Below, piece after piece: positions 25,403-38,400 of a DNA stretch of 64,000 nucleotides (the first letter of the stretch is position 1; every line of letters begins with the position of its first letter). The notes below the pieces were generated by a model. It was not told the DNA's origin, searched no databases, and saw only the letters and a list, made by a program, of their open reading frames with translations. The stretch comes from an uncultured Clostridia bacterium (GTDB lineage: Bacteria > Bacillota > Clostridia > Christensenellales > UBA1242). The stretch covers positions 77,743 to 141,742 of the forward strand of contig CAKVHF010000003.1 of NCBI GenBank assembly GCA_934748015.1. The letters are read 5' to 3'. The position numbers and the translations under genes are program-made.

Positions 25403-26654
25403 AATTATTTTTAGTCACAAGCAGTCCACTAGGATTGATTGCAAAATTGATATTCCAGTAACTTATGCCTAGCAAATTATACTTTTCTACAATGTTTAAT
25501 TTTGCAAGCAAGCTTCTTACATCTTCAAACCACACAATATGTTTTGCACCATTATTATAGTATGTGAAATATGGCGATTGTGCCTTGCTATCAAACATTA
25601 TAAAACTGCCTTTGTTTCGTGCTAAATTCAATGCTTGCATATTACTTAGATACATTGCAGGAGTGCCACTAACATAAGGCAATGTCCAATCATATGCATA
25701 GTTGGATACACCCAGCAAAATCTTATCACTAGGGATATCGGTCACCGCATAAGAGATTACATTCTCTATCCTATTGGCAGGAGATATTGCCTGTGGTTCT
25801 CCATACAAGTATCCCCACTCGTATGTCATAATTATCACAATATCAGCAATCTCGCCTATCGTCTTATAGTCATGCGCTTCGTACAATAGCCCTACTTGAT
25901 TAGCACTCTCCTTAGGTGCAACTGCAACCGCCAATATATAACCGTTCTGTTTCAAGACTGTGCTTAACATTCTTAGGAAATTGATATAATTGTCTTTATC
26001 TTCAGGATATAAATATTCGAAATCTACATTTAGTCCATAATATCCTTTTTCGTTCATTACGCTAATTACATTTTGGATAAAATTAGCAGTGCTAGTGGGA
26101 TTGGTAAATAGCTGATGTGCAGTTTCGCTACTAAAGCCATTGCTATTGATATTTGTAACCACCATTAACGGTTTTATACCCCTATTTAGTGCAATATCTA
26201 TATATCTTTCGTCCATAACCTCTCTAAGCGACCCGTCAGGCATAACTTCGTAACTAAATATACTTAAATAATCTAGATATGGCAATGCCGAATTAAGACT
26301 TTCCGTACTTATGCCTGGCAACATATAAGCATTGACTACAACATCTCTTGGACTAATGGCATTGTATGGGATATTGATTATCTGATTGGGATATATTATT
26401 GTACCTGTGATATCTGGATTGACGGCCAAGATATCGTCTATTGTAACACCATATCTCCTGGCAATACGATATAAGCTATCCCCCCTTGCGACCGAATACC
26501 TAATGTAATCTTGCGGGATGACAATTGCTTGCCCCACCACCAATGTTTCGTTGGAATCAATATTATTTAGTTTTGCAATATCATCTACCGATACATTATA
26601 ACTTTTTGCAATATTGTACAAAGTATCACCACGTTCAATCTCGTAAATAAACAT
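25401..26654 (-). CDS. LysM-LysM-GH18 spore cortex/peptidoglycan hydrolase (YaaH/SleL-like)
   Basis: Two LysM repeats are present: YEIERGDTLYNIAKSYNVSVDDIAKLNNI and YSVARGDSLYRIARRYGVTIDDILAVNP. The GH18 catalytic region is YGLNVDFEYL. ATG 26654 follows AAAGGAG. The longer ORF-track start would run into the upstream terminator. Confidence 0.8.
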   Translation of the reverse strand: MFIYEIERGDTLYNIAKSYNVSVDDIAKLNNIDSNETLVVGQAIVIPQDYIRYSVARGDSLYRIARRYGVTIDDILAVNPDITGTIIYPNQIINIPYNAISPRDVVVNAYMLPGISTESLNSALPYLDYLSIFSYEVMPDGSLREVMDERYIDIALNRGIKPLMVVTNINSNGFSSETAHQLFTNPTSTANFIQNVISVMNEKGYYGLNVDFEYLYPEDKDNYINFLRMLSTVLKQNGYILAVAVAPKESANQVGLLYEAHDYKTIGEIADIVIIMTYEWGYLYGEPQAISPANRIENVISYAVTDIPSDKILLGVSNYAYDWTLPYVSGTPAMYLSNMQALNLARNKGSFIMFDSKAQSPYFTYYNNGAKHIVWFEDVRSLLAKLNIVEKYNLLGISYWNINFAINPSGLLVTKNN

Positions 26655-26695
26655 ATACACTCCTTTAACAATTAAAAATCTATATAGTGTATATG

Positions 26696-26740
26696 CAAAA
26701 AAAATCAATGGAGTTACTAATAATTAGCAAACTTCCATTG
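26696..26740 (-). terminator. Terminator of lspA-rluD operon
   Basis: On the minus strand, CAATGGAAGTT...AACTCCATTG (one bulge) is followed by ATTTTTTTT. Confidence 0.55.
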
Positions 26741-26746
26741 ATATTA

Positions 26747-27658
26747 TTACTCTTCGGTCAACTGATCCAATACTTTGACAAAATAATCTGGCATAGGTGC
26801 AGTAAACTGCATAATCTCGCCCGTTGTAGGATGAGTAAGAACTAACTTGTATGCATGCAACAATTGTCCATTTAGTTTGAACTTACACGGATTGGAGTTA
26901 TACAGTGGATCGCCCACGATTGGGTGATGCATGTAAGCGGAGTGAACTCTTATCTGATGAGTTCTGCCTGTCTTTAGTTCGAAATCAACAAGAGTGTATC
27001 CTTGATAATATTTTCTAACATGATATATTGTGTCCGCAATCTTGCCCCTATCTGCACTAACTACAGCCATTTTTAGCCTATTTCTAGGATCTCTTCCTAT
27101 ATTGGTTACTATCTCGCCACTATCATCCTTAAGATGTCCCTGAAGTAGAGCAACATAATATCTCTTACATGTTTTTTCTGCAATCTGCTTGGCTAAAGAT
27201 GTGTGTGCTTTGTCATTCTTAGCCACAACAAGCAATCCGCTAGTGTCCTTATCAATACGATGGACTATTCCCGGTCTAACATCGCCATTGACATCACTAA
27301 GTGTATTGATAGAATATAGCAATGCATTAACTAGTGTACCCTCTCTATTGCCTACTGCTGGATGAACAACCATGCCTTGTGCCTTGTTAACAACAACAAT
27401 GTCGTCATCTTGATACACTATATCTATTGGCAAATTTTCAGCTCTAGCATGTATTGTCTTGTTGTCGACCAATTCTACACTTACACTATCGCCATCCTTT
27501 AACATATACCCTGCTTTAACTTTAGCACCATTGACAGTAATCTTGCCATCATCAATCGCTTGCTTGATCTGAGATCTTGTAAAGTCAGTATTCTTGGATG
27601 CAACAAAAACATCTAGCCTAGTTTTTGCTTCCTCTTTTATCTCATAGTTACTCAACAT
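26747..27658 (-). CDS. rluD: 23S rRNA pseudouridine synthase, RluD/RluA family
   Basis: An S4-like N-terminus is present (RLDVFVASK...). The catalytic motif is GIVHRIDKDTSGLLVVAKN. HQIRVH is also present. The start at 27658 overlaps the lspA stop by 11 nt. Confidence 0.9.
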   Translation of the reverse strand: MLSNYEIKEEAKTRLDVFVASKNTDFTRSQIKQAIDDGKITVNGAKVKAGYMLKDGDSVSVELVDNKTIHARAENLPIDIVYQDDDIVVVNKAQGMVVHPAVGNREGTLVNALLYSINTLSDVNGDVRPGIVHRIDKDTSGLLVVAKNDKAHTSLAKQIAEKTCKRYYVALLQGHLKDDSGEIVTNIGRDPRNRLKMAVVSADRGKIADTIYHVRKYYQGYTLVDFELKTGRTHQIRVHSAYMHHPIVGDPLYNSNPCKFKLNGQLLHAYKLVLTHPTTGEIMQFTAPMPDYFVKVLDQLTEE

Positions 27659-28160
27659 TATTATCTTGTTCCTTTCTCTTCTTATGTTCAACAATAATCA
27701 TATTGATCACAAATAGTACAACACCAACGCAAATACAAATATCCGCTATATTACATACAAAATCAAACATCGAAAACTTAATAAAATCACGCACATAATA
27801 CAAAAATGCTCTATCAATAAGGTTGCCGATAGCACCTGAAACAACTAGTGAAAAAGCAAATGAATATAAAGTAGTCTCCTTCTTAACATACAAGACATCA
27901 AAAACAATTATTGCAACCACAAACACTGCACTAATCACCGCCAACCAGATTGTTCCGTTGCTAAAACTTCCAAATGCAGCACCAGTATTCTCCAAATAAG
28001 TAAACTCAATCAACCCAAAAAGTATAGTAAATTCCTTATTGCCTATAGTAAAAAACCTAGCAAAAAACACCTTGGATAACATATCCAAAAGTAAAAATGC
28101 CACTATTATTATTAATTTAATTAGTACTTTCTTATCTTTAACAAATTTCTTGAAATCCAT
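27648..28160 (-). CDS. lspA: Lipoprotein signal peptidase (signal peptidase II)
   Basis: Motifs LENTGAAFGSF and GAIGNLIDRAF are present, with four TM helices. Confidence 0.88.
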   Translation of the reverse strand: MDFKKFVKDKKVLIKLIIIVAFLLLDMLSKVFFARFFTIGNKEFTILFGLIEFTYLENTGAAFGSFSNGTIWLAVISAVFVVAIIVFDVLYVKKETTLYSFAFSLVVSGAIGNLIDRAFLYYVRDFIKFSMFDFVCNIADICICVGVVLFVINMIIVEHKKRKEQDNNVE

Positions 28161-28203
28161 ATAGATATTGTATCACATGTGTTGCTTTAATTAAAAGTTA
28201 TTT

Positions 28204-28983
28204 TTAATAATAATTATATACAGAATAAATATATTCGCACAAAGTATATTTCATTTTGTTATCAACATCCGAGTTAGTCAATAAGTCATTGACCAATTTT
28301 TCCAATATATTGCATGCTTTGACCGATTGTTCAAGCAGATGTGTTACATCATCGTTTGGCTTTATTTTCAGTATATTTTCCAGTCTAACATTGTATGCCA
28401 AGAGATCGCCTTTGTAAGAATTGATCGTGCTAGCAGATGAAATGGCGCTTACATTGTCCAATTGCAGAGATATTGTCATATTGTATAATTTGTCAACAAG
28501 TCCAAAAATATAATTGGTGCAATCAACAACCGCCTTTTTCTCTTGCTCGGTGTACTCTGGCAAATTATATCTAATGGTTGGCAATCGCAAAACTTCTATG
28601 CTTAGATCAAAGTTGCTATTTTGATTGCTTGCAATAACACTCTTAGCCATGTCCTCTGTCGGATAAATGAGTGCAAGCAAGTATGATAGGTTGTCTTCCG
28701 ACCAAATATACCCGCTAGAACCTACCGCTACAGCACTTGGATATGCCTGCTCTAGTGATACAACATCAGCACTCTTCAATACACTTACAGCATACACACT
28801 TCCGCCAACAATACTAACATCATAACTAGACTGCTTGATCCTGGGGATAACATATTTAATTGTAAGAAAAATGACCAACCCTATACTTACTATAGCAATT
28901 AACCAACGTGCAATTTTGCCACCGCCTCTGGATTTCTTTATCTCAAAGACACTATTATAATCTCTTACTGCTTCATTTCTCAT
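28204..28983 (-). CDS. Hypothetical N-terminally anchored protein (259 aa)
   Basis: A single TM helix is present: RWLIAIVSIGLVIFLTIKYVI. I recognise no motif. Confidence 0.4.
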   Translation of the reverse strand: MRNEAVRDYNSVFEIKKSRGGGKIARWLIAIVSIGLVIFLTIKYVIPRIKQSSYDVSIVGGSVYAVSVLKSADVVSLEQAYPSAVAVGSSGYIWSEDNLSYLLALIYPTEDMAKSVIASNQNSNFDLSIEVLRLPTIRYNLPEYTEQEKKAVVDCTNYIFGLVDKLYNMTISLQLDNVSAISSASTINSYKGDLLAYNVRLENILKIKPNDDVTHLLEQSVKACNILEKLVNDLLTNSDVDNKMKYTLCEYIYSVYNYY

Positions 28984-29260
28984 ATAATCTCGCTAATATA
29001 TTCATTACCCTTAAATAACAATTGTCACAAATGTAGTCGAATAGCGTAATAAATCATCTCATACAATATATATGCTAATACATATTGTTTTAAAACTTTT
29101 GGCACTAAAATTTGCTTTTGGACAATATACATACTTATAATCATAAGCGTAAATCGAGGTTATTGTCCATATACATCATAACAAAACAGATAAATATTGT
29201 TAATACTGTGACAAATAAGGCAATAATACAAAAAAATATAAACAAAAAAAAGGAGAAAAT

Positions 29261-31154
<1,894 letters not shown>

Positions 31155-31343
31155 ATTGTCTTATCGATATATCCTTGCCATCTTAGTCGTGCATTGCGCA
31201 TTAAATAATTAATTTTAACCATGTACAATATTTTTAATTTAATATTTTTATTACAAAACCAAATACCCTTCCTTTTTAAAAAAAAATATAAACATTTTCC
31301 TTTTTTCCTAATTAAAAATATATAATTATTATGATGGCAAGGG

Positions 31344-31380
31344 CAAAAAAATGAACCACTGAAATAGTGGTTCATTTTTC
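31344..31380. terminator. Bidirectional terminator (groEL / DUF975-like gene)
   Basis: ATGAACCACT (31351-31360) pairs with AGTGGTTCAT (31366-31375). It is flanked by an A-run and a T-run. Confidence 0.75.
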
Positions 31381-31392
31381 ATTTAATCTATG

Positions 31393-32253
31393 TTATTTTT
31401 CTTCTTTCTTAGATGTTTTCTTAGCCTTAGGCTCTTCTTCTGCCTTATTATCAGCCTCAACTTTCTCTAATTTAACATCCTCAGCCTTAGGCTCTTCTTC
31501 TTGGATCTCAGGAACTGCTTGTGCTTTTGCTCTGCTCTTACGCTCGTGATACTCTAGAACTTCCTCAAAGAAGTTGTAGTTACACATGCTTAGCAATTCT
31601 GTAATGTACACAAATAGTGCAACAAATGCAATATGAAGAACAACCATAGCAATGACCATAAGATATGTGATCTCAATCTTAGCAATGTATACTAGGCCAA
31701 CTGCAAATAGTGCAAATAGGAAGAAGTATACAATATAGAAGATTGCCTTGTACGCAAACATATTTGCTTTCTGTCTTCTCATTCTCTTCTCAGATACACT
31801 CAATGCGTCTAGGAAGTTATCGTAATTGTGATGTTCTACAAAGTAGAATACCATGCTAAATGCACCAATCGCAAGGAATAGTGGAACGATAAACAAAATA
31901 GTTGCAAAGATGTAAATAAATGCAAGAACTACACCCAAGAATAGGTAAGACAATGCATATTTGCCACCAAAACCACTAAATAGTAGCTTGTAACTAGGCT
32001 TCTCCTCGCTAGTTGCCAATGCTCTCATGTATCTGATATGACCTACCTGCATATTGCCGAATAATACAAGAGCAATAACAGCGATAATACCAAACAAAGC
32101 ATGAACATATTGTGACAACCAAGCAGCACTAATCAAAATAATTGCGAATGGCAAAACTGAAATCAATGTTGCAAGGAATGCTGAACCACATTTGCCCTTA
32201 AAACTTGCCTTAGTATTAGCAAAAAACTCTTTTAAATTTTTACTATTTTTCAT
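31393..32253 (-). CDS. DUF975-like polytopic membrane protein with Lys/Glu-rich tail
   Basis: The N-terminus LKEFFANTKASFKGKCGSAFLATLISVLP resembles the DUF975 opening motif. Five to six TM helices follow. The tail is RKSRAKAQAVPEIQEEEPKAEDVKLEKVEADNKAEEEPKAKKTSKKEEK. Confidence 0.5.
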   Translation of the reverse strand: MKNSKNLKEFFANTKASFKGKCGSAFLATLISVLPFAIILISAAWLSQYVHALFGIIAVIALVLFGNMQVGHIRYMRALATSEEKPSYKLLFSGFGGKYALSYLFLGVVLAFIYIFATILFIVPLFLAIGAFSMVFYFVEHHNYDNFLDALSVSEKRMRRQKANMFAYKAIFYIVYFFLFALFAVGLVYIAKIEITYLMVIAMVVLHIAFVALFVYITELLSMCNYNFFEEVLEYHERKSRAKAQAVPEIQEEEPKAEDVKLEKVEADNKAEEEPKAKKTSKKEEK

Positions 32254-32381
32254 TTTTTTCTCCTTTTATATTTAACAAACATAAGATAAGTACTTGTCCT
32301 AGTTCATTATTGTTAATGTTATTATATCATGTTTGTATCAATTAATCAAATATAATTTTGTATCAAAAATATTTGTAATAT

Positions 32382-32422
32382 AAAAAATAGAGTAGAAAAT
32401 ATTTTCTACTCATATTTTTTTG
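32382..32422. terminator. Bidirectional terminator downstream of the giant gene
   Basis: The palindrome GAGTAGAAAAT/ATTTTCTACTC (32390-32411) is flanked by an A-run and a T-run. Confidence 0.6.
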
Positions 32423-32434
32423 TAGATCTCTATA

Positions 32435-35400
32435 CTATCTGCCATTAACTATAATTCCGCTCTGAACTATCATCTGTCGTCCAGTGTGATCGGATATAGA
32501 TATCACCATAGTTGTGTCGGCAAAGTGGTTAGCAAATGCACCTGTTGCATCAAATATAACAGAATTAAATCTAACTTCTATCTGATTGCCACTGATAGTG
32601 TTGCCGTCCTTATCCTTCTCAACAAATGTCACTGTACAAGTGTTAGTTTCTTCAATAACCTTGTACTCCACTGCATACAAGCCACCTTGATAAGTAACAT
32701 TAGTATTATTCTGGACAAATACTAAATAATTGGTCAGCCAAGTAGCAACATCACTGCCTGCAACATCTATTCCTGTAGTCTTGAACATATCAGAGTTGAC
32801 TACAACCCCTACACCGCTCCATGCTGTCTGAAGACTAGGAACGATATTGATAGTTACTGCTATTCCGCCAATTGTATCACTGGCATTGCTTGTATAAGCG
32901 TTGATATCTACCTTACGAGCAACATTGCCACTTGTGCCAGTAGTCATAATCTTGTATTGGAAGATATATATTTCAAAACTAGTCGAAAGCATATTGTTAT
33001 AATAGTCTCTCAAAGATAGTTGCTGATTGCCAATAAGCGTACCATACTTGACGCCATTGATCATAATATCTTGATCTTGATCACTTGTGTCGATAACCTT
33101 GGTGGTTGTTCCAGAAGTCTGATCTAACTGATCAGCTACAACACCATAACGCAAAATCTCTGTACCATTATTGATTGCCTGTTGTGGCAAAACAACGTCT
33201 GTAGTTAGACTGCTATTAGTTTCGTAGACAAGTTCCAGACTAGCATACTGCAATGACAAATAATCGGGCATATTGTATATACCATTAGCACTTAGGTCTA
33301 GAGAGATTGTCTCATACTTCTTAGTTTCATAATCATAACCATAAGTTTTGCCAGTCTTATCATTGTAGATAACATATCCTGCGATAGGCACTAAGAGTTC
33401 AACTGAATTAGTTGTTCTGCTATTGGATATTCCCAAAAATCCGTTGTCAATAGAATAACTAATAGGAAGAATAATTGATTTGTCAATAGCCTTTACACTA
33501 AGTTTGCCATCTGTGATATTGATCATAGAAGTACTGCCATATACTATATCACCCAGCTGGTTTCGGTTGCCATTGGTATCAACAAATTGCTTTCTTGTAA
33601 TATAAGACTTGTTATTAAATGCAAATTGATAATTGTAATTATCCATAATCTCAAACTTATCAAATTTACCAAACACAAAATTGCTATCAGCTGTGTATTC
33701 CAATACATCGGTTGCACTATTCTTGGTTAATACTTGTGTGCTTATTATATCAAATAGATTAGCACCATTCTCCAACAACTCCAGAATATTAGATGATTGT
33801 TGATATTGATAATAAGTATTGTTAGATATCAATTTGTTTGATTTTACAACCTTAACGATAGGCTGAATAGTTACCTGATAATTCATATTAGCAACATCTT
33901 CAACCGGGCTGAAATTATAGCCACTATCACTTATGTCTAATCTGAAATTAATAACTAGAGTTGTAAATATATCACTATGGATATGCAACTTTTGACCTTT
34001 ATGTTTTTTATTAACATCAACAAAAACATCAACAAATTTAAACAATTTTTCTTTTTCATTATTGGCAATAACTGTATCCTTACTTAACGACTGAGTGTTG
34101 CCATTTAGATCAATATAAGAAGCACTTGTGCATTCAATGCCATAATTAGTTTTGCCATTAATACTAAATAGTTTTGACAAGTCATAGATTATATAATTGC
34201 CGTCTATCTCAAATGATGTTGCGGGCTCTAATTCGGTGTTGTTATTAGCAATTGTAATCTTTTTGTTTGCTGTATTGTATATCACATTGGCATTGTTAAC
34301 ATAATTGTAGAATTTTGAATTGCTTGTTAATGTAATAGTCTTAGTTACACTCGGTTCTATTGTTAATTCTATTGTCAGTTTTTTGCCTGCCAATTCAGAA
34401 ATAACTGTTACTGTTCTTTGCTCAAAGCAATCATATACAAACAACTTATTACTGGTACCTACCATTATATCAGTCTTAACTTCATTTAGCTTAAAGTATG
34501 CATAGTTGTGTTCTTTGATTGTAAATTTGATTTTTGAGTTTAGTTCTGTTTCTTTGTTGCTATTATAATAAGCTTTGAACTTATCACTGAAATCAAATTC
34601 TCTTGTACCACCTTGTATAGTATATCTAGCAAGATTAGGATTGCCAGTAACTGGGTCTTTTAATACAAATGTTGGACTTTGAAACTTAGCATCTGTAGTA
34701 AAGTAATAATCAAAGATCTTAGAATTGTCACCATTAAAGGTTAATTTCACCTTAAATAGTATTCCATAATGACCTTGTTGATCCGCAAGTGGTAGATTTC
34801 CGCTTTCGTCTAGTTTTACACGATATCCGTCTTCAATCTCCATCCCATTAGTAAAGTACTTAGCATAATCAGTTATGATTGTCGCTATCAAAATATCGGT
34901 AGTATTGTTCTCATCTGTTTTGATATACCTTAGTTCAACAACACCATCTTTGGAATTGGTTATATATCTATATTCTTTCTCTAACCTAGATGCATTCAAT
35001 GATGTTGCAAATTGATCATTAGAGAACAAGCACAACTCTTCATTGCCATCTTTGTTATAATATCTTATTTGATAATTATCTTCTTCAAGCTTATACATTG
35101 CAGTTACATCAACATATACATTGGCCTCTGCACATGAAGTATGCTCTGTTGTAAATGAAACATTGGATAGATTGTATATTTCATTGTAAGTTTTTGCTGT
35201 TGGATTAACATTACCTGCCATTCTAGTTTTCAACTCGGTATACAATGTGTCAATATTTTTCCAATCTCCATCATAGGCAAAAATGTATCTACATATCATT
35301 TCGTCAATATAATTGCTAGAAACCATCGAAATATCTAAATTAGCATTGTCGGCTACAAATTTGAATACATTGCTATCTACTTCCAATCCGCTAGTAATAT

Positions 35401-38400
35401 TGGTTGAGAAATTTTTATACAAACTTTTTGTAAATTTGCTTGATTCTGAAAAGTCACATAGATACAACATCTTGTATTTGCCAAATAGCGGAGTCCCGGC
35501 TGTCACCCATAACCTATCATCATTTGAGTTAATTTTGCCTATGTAGTCGAAATTGTTAATGACTTCTGTATCTTCATCTTTTACATCACTTACATACAAT
35601 TCACCATCAACATTGTACATTTTGCCATAACCAGTTATTGCAATATCGTTAACCTCTAGTCTTACTGCATCGTTAGGCATATACAGACTGTTAGCTAATT
35701 CCGAATTGCTTGCAATAATATATGGGACTTGGTCGCCCTGTGGGATAGTCTCTGCTACAAGTGTAATGATTATTGGATGATATACTGTATTGTTATATTG
35801 TTCGCCATCCAACTTGTCTTTGTTAACACTAGTTACCTTAACACAATCGGTTAATGTAGTGTTGTTAAGTCTAATCTCGAAATTGAACCCTGTAAGCGAA
35901 GAATATTGTATAGCATCGTTAAGTGCTAGCAGACTATTAGTAAGTTTCTCATGCATGCCATCTGCAGTTAAATTATCTAAGTCTTTGATATCATAAGGTA
36001 GCACTGTCAATTTGTTGTATGTCTGACCCTTTAACAGTTTCAAAGCTCCAAAAATGTTAAGATTGTCATTACGTTGAATTAACGATTTTGCTGTATATTT
36101 AGTATCTTTTCCATTGTTTGTGATAGTTATATCACTCTCAATCTGTGTGTAATAATACAATTTCTCCAACACACTTTTTACCTTGAACATATTATTGCTT
36201 TGGATAGTTATATCATTTAGAGCAATATAGTTAACAATTGTTGCCTCGCTACCATTAACATTGATTTTGTCAAAAACTATACCATCTGTATTGGTTGCAT
36301 TATATTCATTAAGCGAAGAATTATACTCTTTGTAAGCTGGTTTGTTGTTATTAGCATCCCCTTCGACTACATGACCTCCATCCTTACCAAGATATAGCCT
36401 TACACCCTCTCTATTGATTGGGTTATCATCCTTATCTGTCAAGACATAACAACCGAACAAAACAATATCGTTAGTACTTGCATTGACTGCGTCAATAGTG
36501 TATACCCGTCTGGTTAACTCTCTAGAATTGATCTGTGCAATATCCTCATAAAATAGTTCGTATGCATATACAACATTTGTGTTCTGTGTTTGTGTCACAA
36601 AAGATGTACTCATTTTGCCTTCATTGATAATTGATTGCAGTATCTTACCATCTAAGTTAGTAAAAGTACATATTCTATCAGGTTTGATATCCAATACACT
36701 GTATAATTTCTTGGCTTCTTCAGTGCTAAAACTAGACTTTGTCATAACAGAATTGTTGCCATAATTGGCAATAGAACCATTGTCGTTGCCACTACCTAGA
36801 TAAGCAAACACCTTGAAGTTTCGGAAAGTAACATTGGAGTAGTTGCCGTAGGTAGAAACTGACTTAGTATTAGGTGTATAACCTTTTCCCATTAGTTCGC
36901 TCTTAATAGTCTCGTCATTGCTAACATATATTGTGTTAGAACTATCTTGATCTACACCGAAATTGATATTATTGTTCTTTGCTAAACCATCTTCACTAGT
37001 ATCGCTATCTTCACTGATTTTGACTTTAACAAAGTCGTAGAATGTCTTGTGTCCATCTTCGTCATCTACACCCAGAGTAAACATCAAATATATCTGGAAC
37101 TCTCCTGACTTGCTAGGGACTAATTTCTCAAAAGTCCAAGTATAGTTGCCATTAATCTTCTGATCAGATTTAGTAACTGTTAGATACTGATTATTTGTAC
37201 CAAACTTGCCCTTGTAGTCATCTTTAGTTTTGTAGTTTTCAATGTCTGCCTTGTAATTATAATCTGTATTAGCATTTACAACAAAATTTTTGTCTACAAT
37301 TTTGCTTTTGCCAGAGTTATCAAATACTAGCACATCAATTGTAATTTGGTTAATAAGATCTAATTTTGCTTCGTTACTTATTGCACCACCACCGCTTAAG
37401 TTAGTGCCTTGGATATTAATGCCAAACTTGCTTGCAATATAATTAGCACCCGTTGATGCATTCTCTACATAATATGTTTCGGTTCTATCAAGTTCTCCTG
37501 TCATAGAGTCTCTTTTTACTAGACTTAGATCAACCTCGGAGCCTGTTACTGTAAAACTACGAACCTTAACATCGGAGATATAGAACTCGATAGAAGTACT
37601 TGCAAACACGTAGTCTAGGCTAGTCTTAATCTTCTTAAGAATTTCACTATCTGTAGATGACAACATAACATGCCCATTGGTTGAGTTATCGTCAAAGAAT
37701 TTAAGAGCAGTAGAGTTACCCTTAGCAAAATAATCCTTGTAATATTTATCTAGAAATTCATTATATCTAACAAGTAAACCACTAATATCTGACTCTGATA
37801 GACTGATATTGCCAAGAACATACTCTTCTAATTGGCTAAATCCATTGCTCTTATATTCGCTTTGGATCTCATAAGATCTGTGCACCTTAGATATAACCTT
37901 CAAGACATTCTCATTGGTTCGGTCTGGATAAAAAGTTAACTTATACCAATCCTTAGTCTTATCATAAGTACAACTAACAACCTTAAGTGCTGTATCGTCT
38001 ATTGTAAGAGGAACAATAACGCCGTTCTCTTCGTAATAGAAATATGTCTCCTTATTCTCAGTCCTAGACCACTGGTTGATATCAAATATATTAGACTTAT
38101 TGCTACGAAGGTAGAAATCGGTGCTTGCTTGGTTCTTAGCAATAATACGTTGGTTAAGAGAAGAAGAACTGGATATGTATCTTAGGTCGGACGCAAAAAA
38201 TAAATCATTGTTCTCAACTGGCACATCTACTGTCAATTGCAACTTACATGGACTAATAAGATTGCTTTCGCTATTCTTATCCGCACTAACGAACTCGATA
38301 GTTACATTGCCACCTATATTTCTGCCTGTTAGAGTCTTACGCAATTTGATAGTAAATTCCTGCCCGCCAGTCACAGTGCTAGGGATATCAATAATATTGG

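Noticed and set aside
29100-29116. A sigma-54-like element, TGGCAC-taaaat-TTGC, upstream of groES.
   Set aside because: The GG-to-GC spacing is one nucleotide too long for the strict -24/-12 geometry. A sigma-54-driven groESL operon would be unexpected. Most likely a chance match.
28984-29260. I looked for the HrcA operator CIRCE (TTAGCACTC-N9-GAGTGCTAA) upstream of groES.
   Set aside because: Neither strand has a convincing inverted repeat of that type. Only the TTGGCACT fragment noted above is present. I make no CIRCE call.
31173-31342. A 10-bp inverted repeat, CCTTGCCATC (31173-31182) and GATGGCAAGG (31333-31342), bracketing the very AT-rich spacer after groEL.
   Set aside because: A 10-bp inverted repeat within ~200 bp is expected several times by chance in 64 kb. 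The match does not extend and there are no other supporting features.
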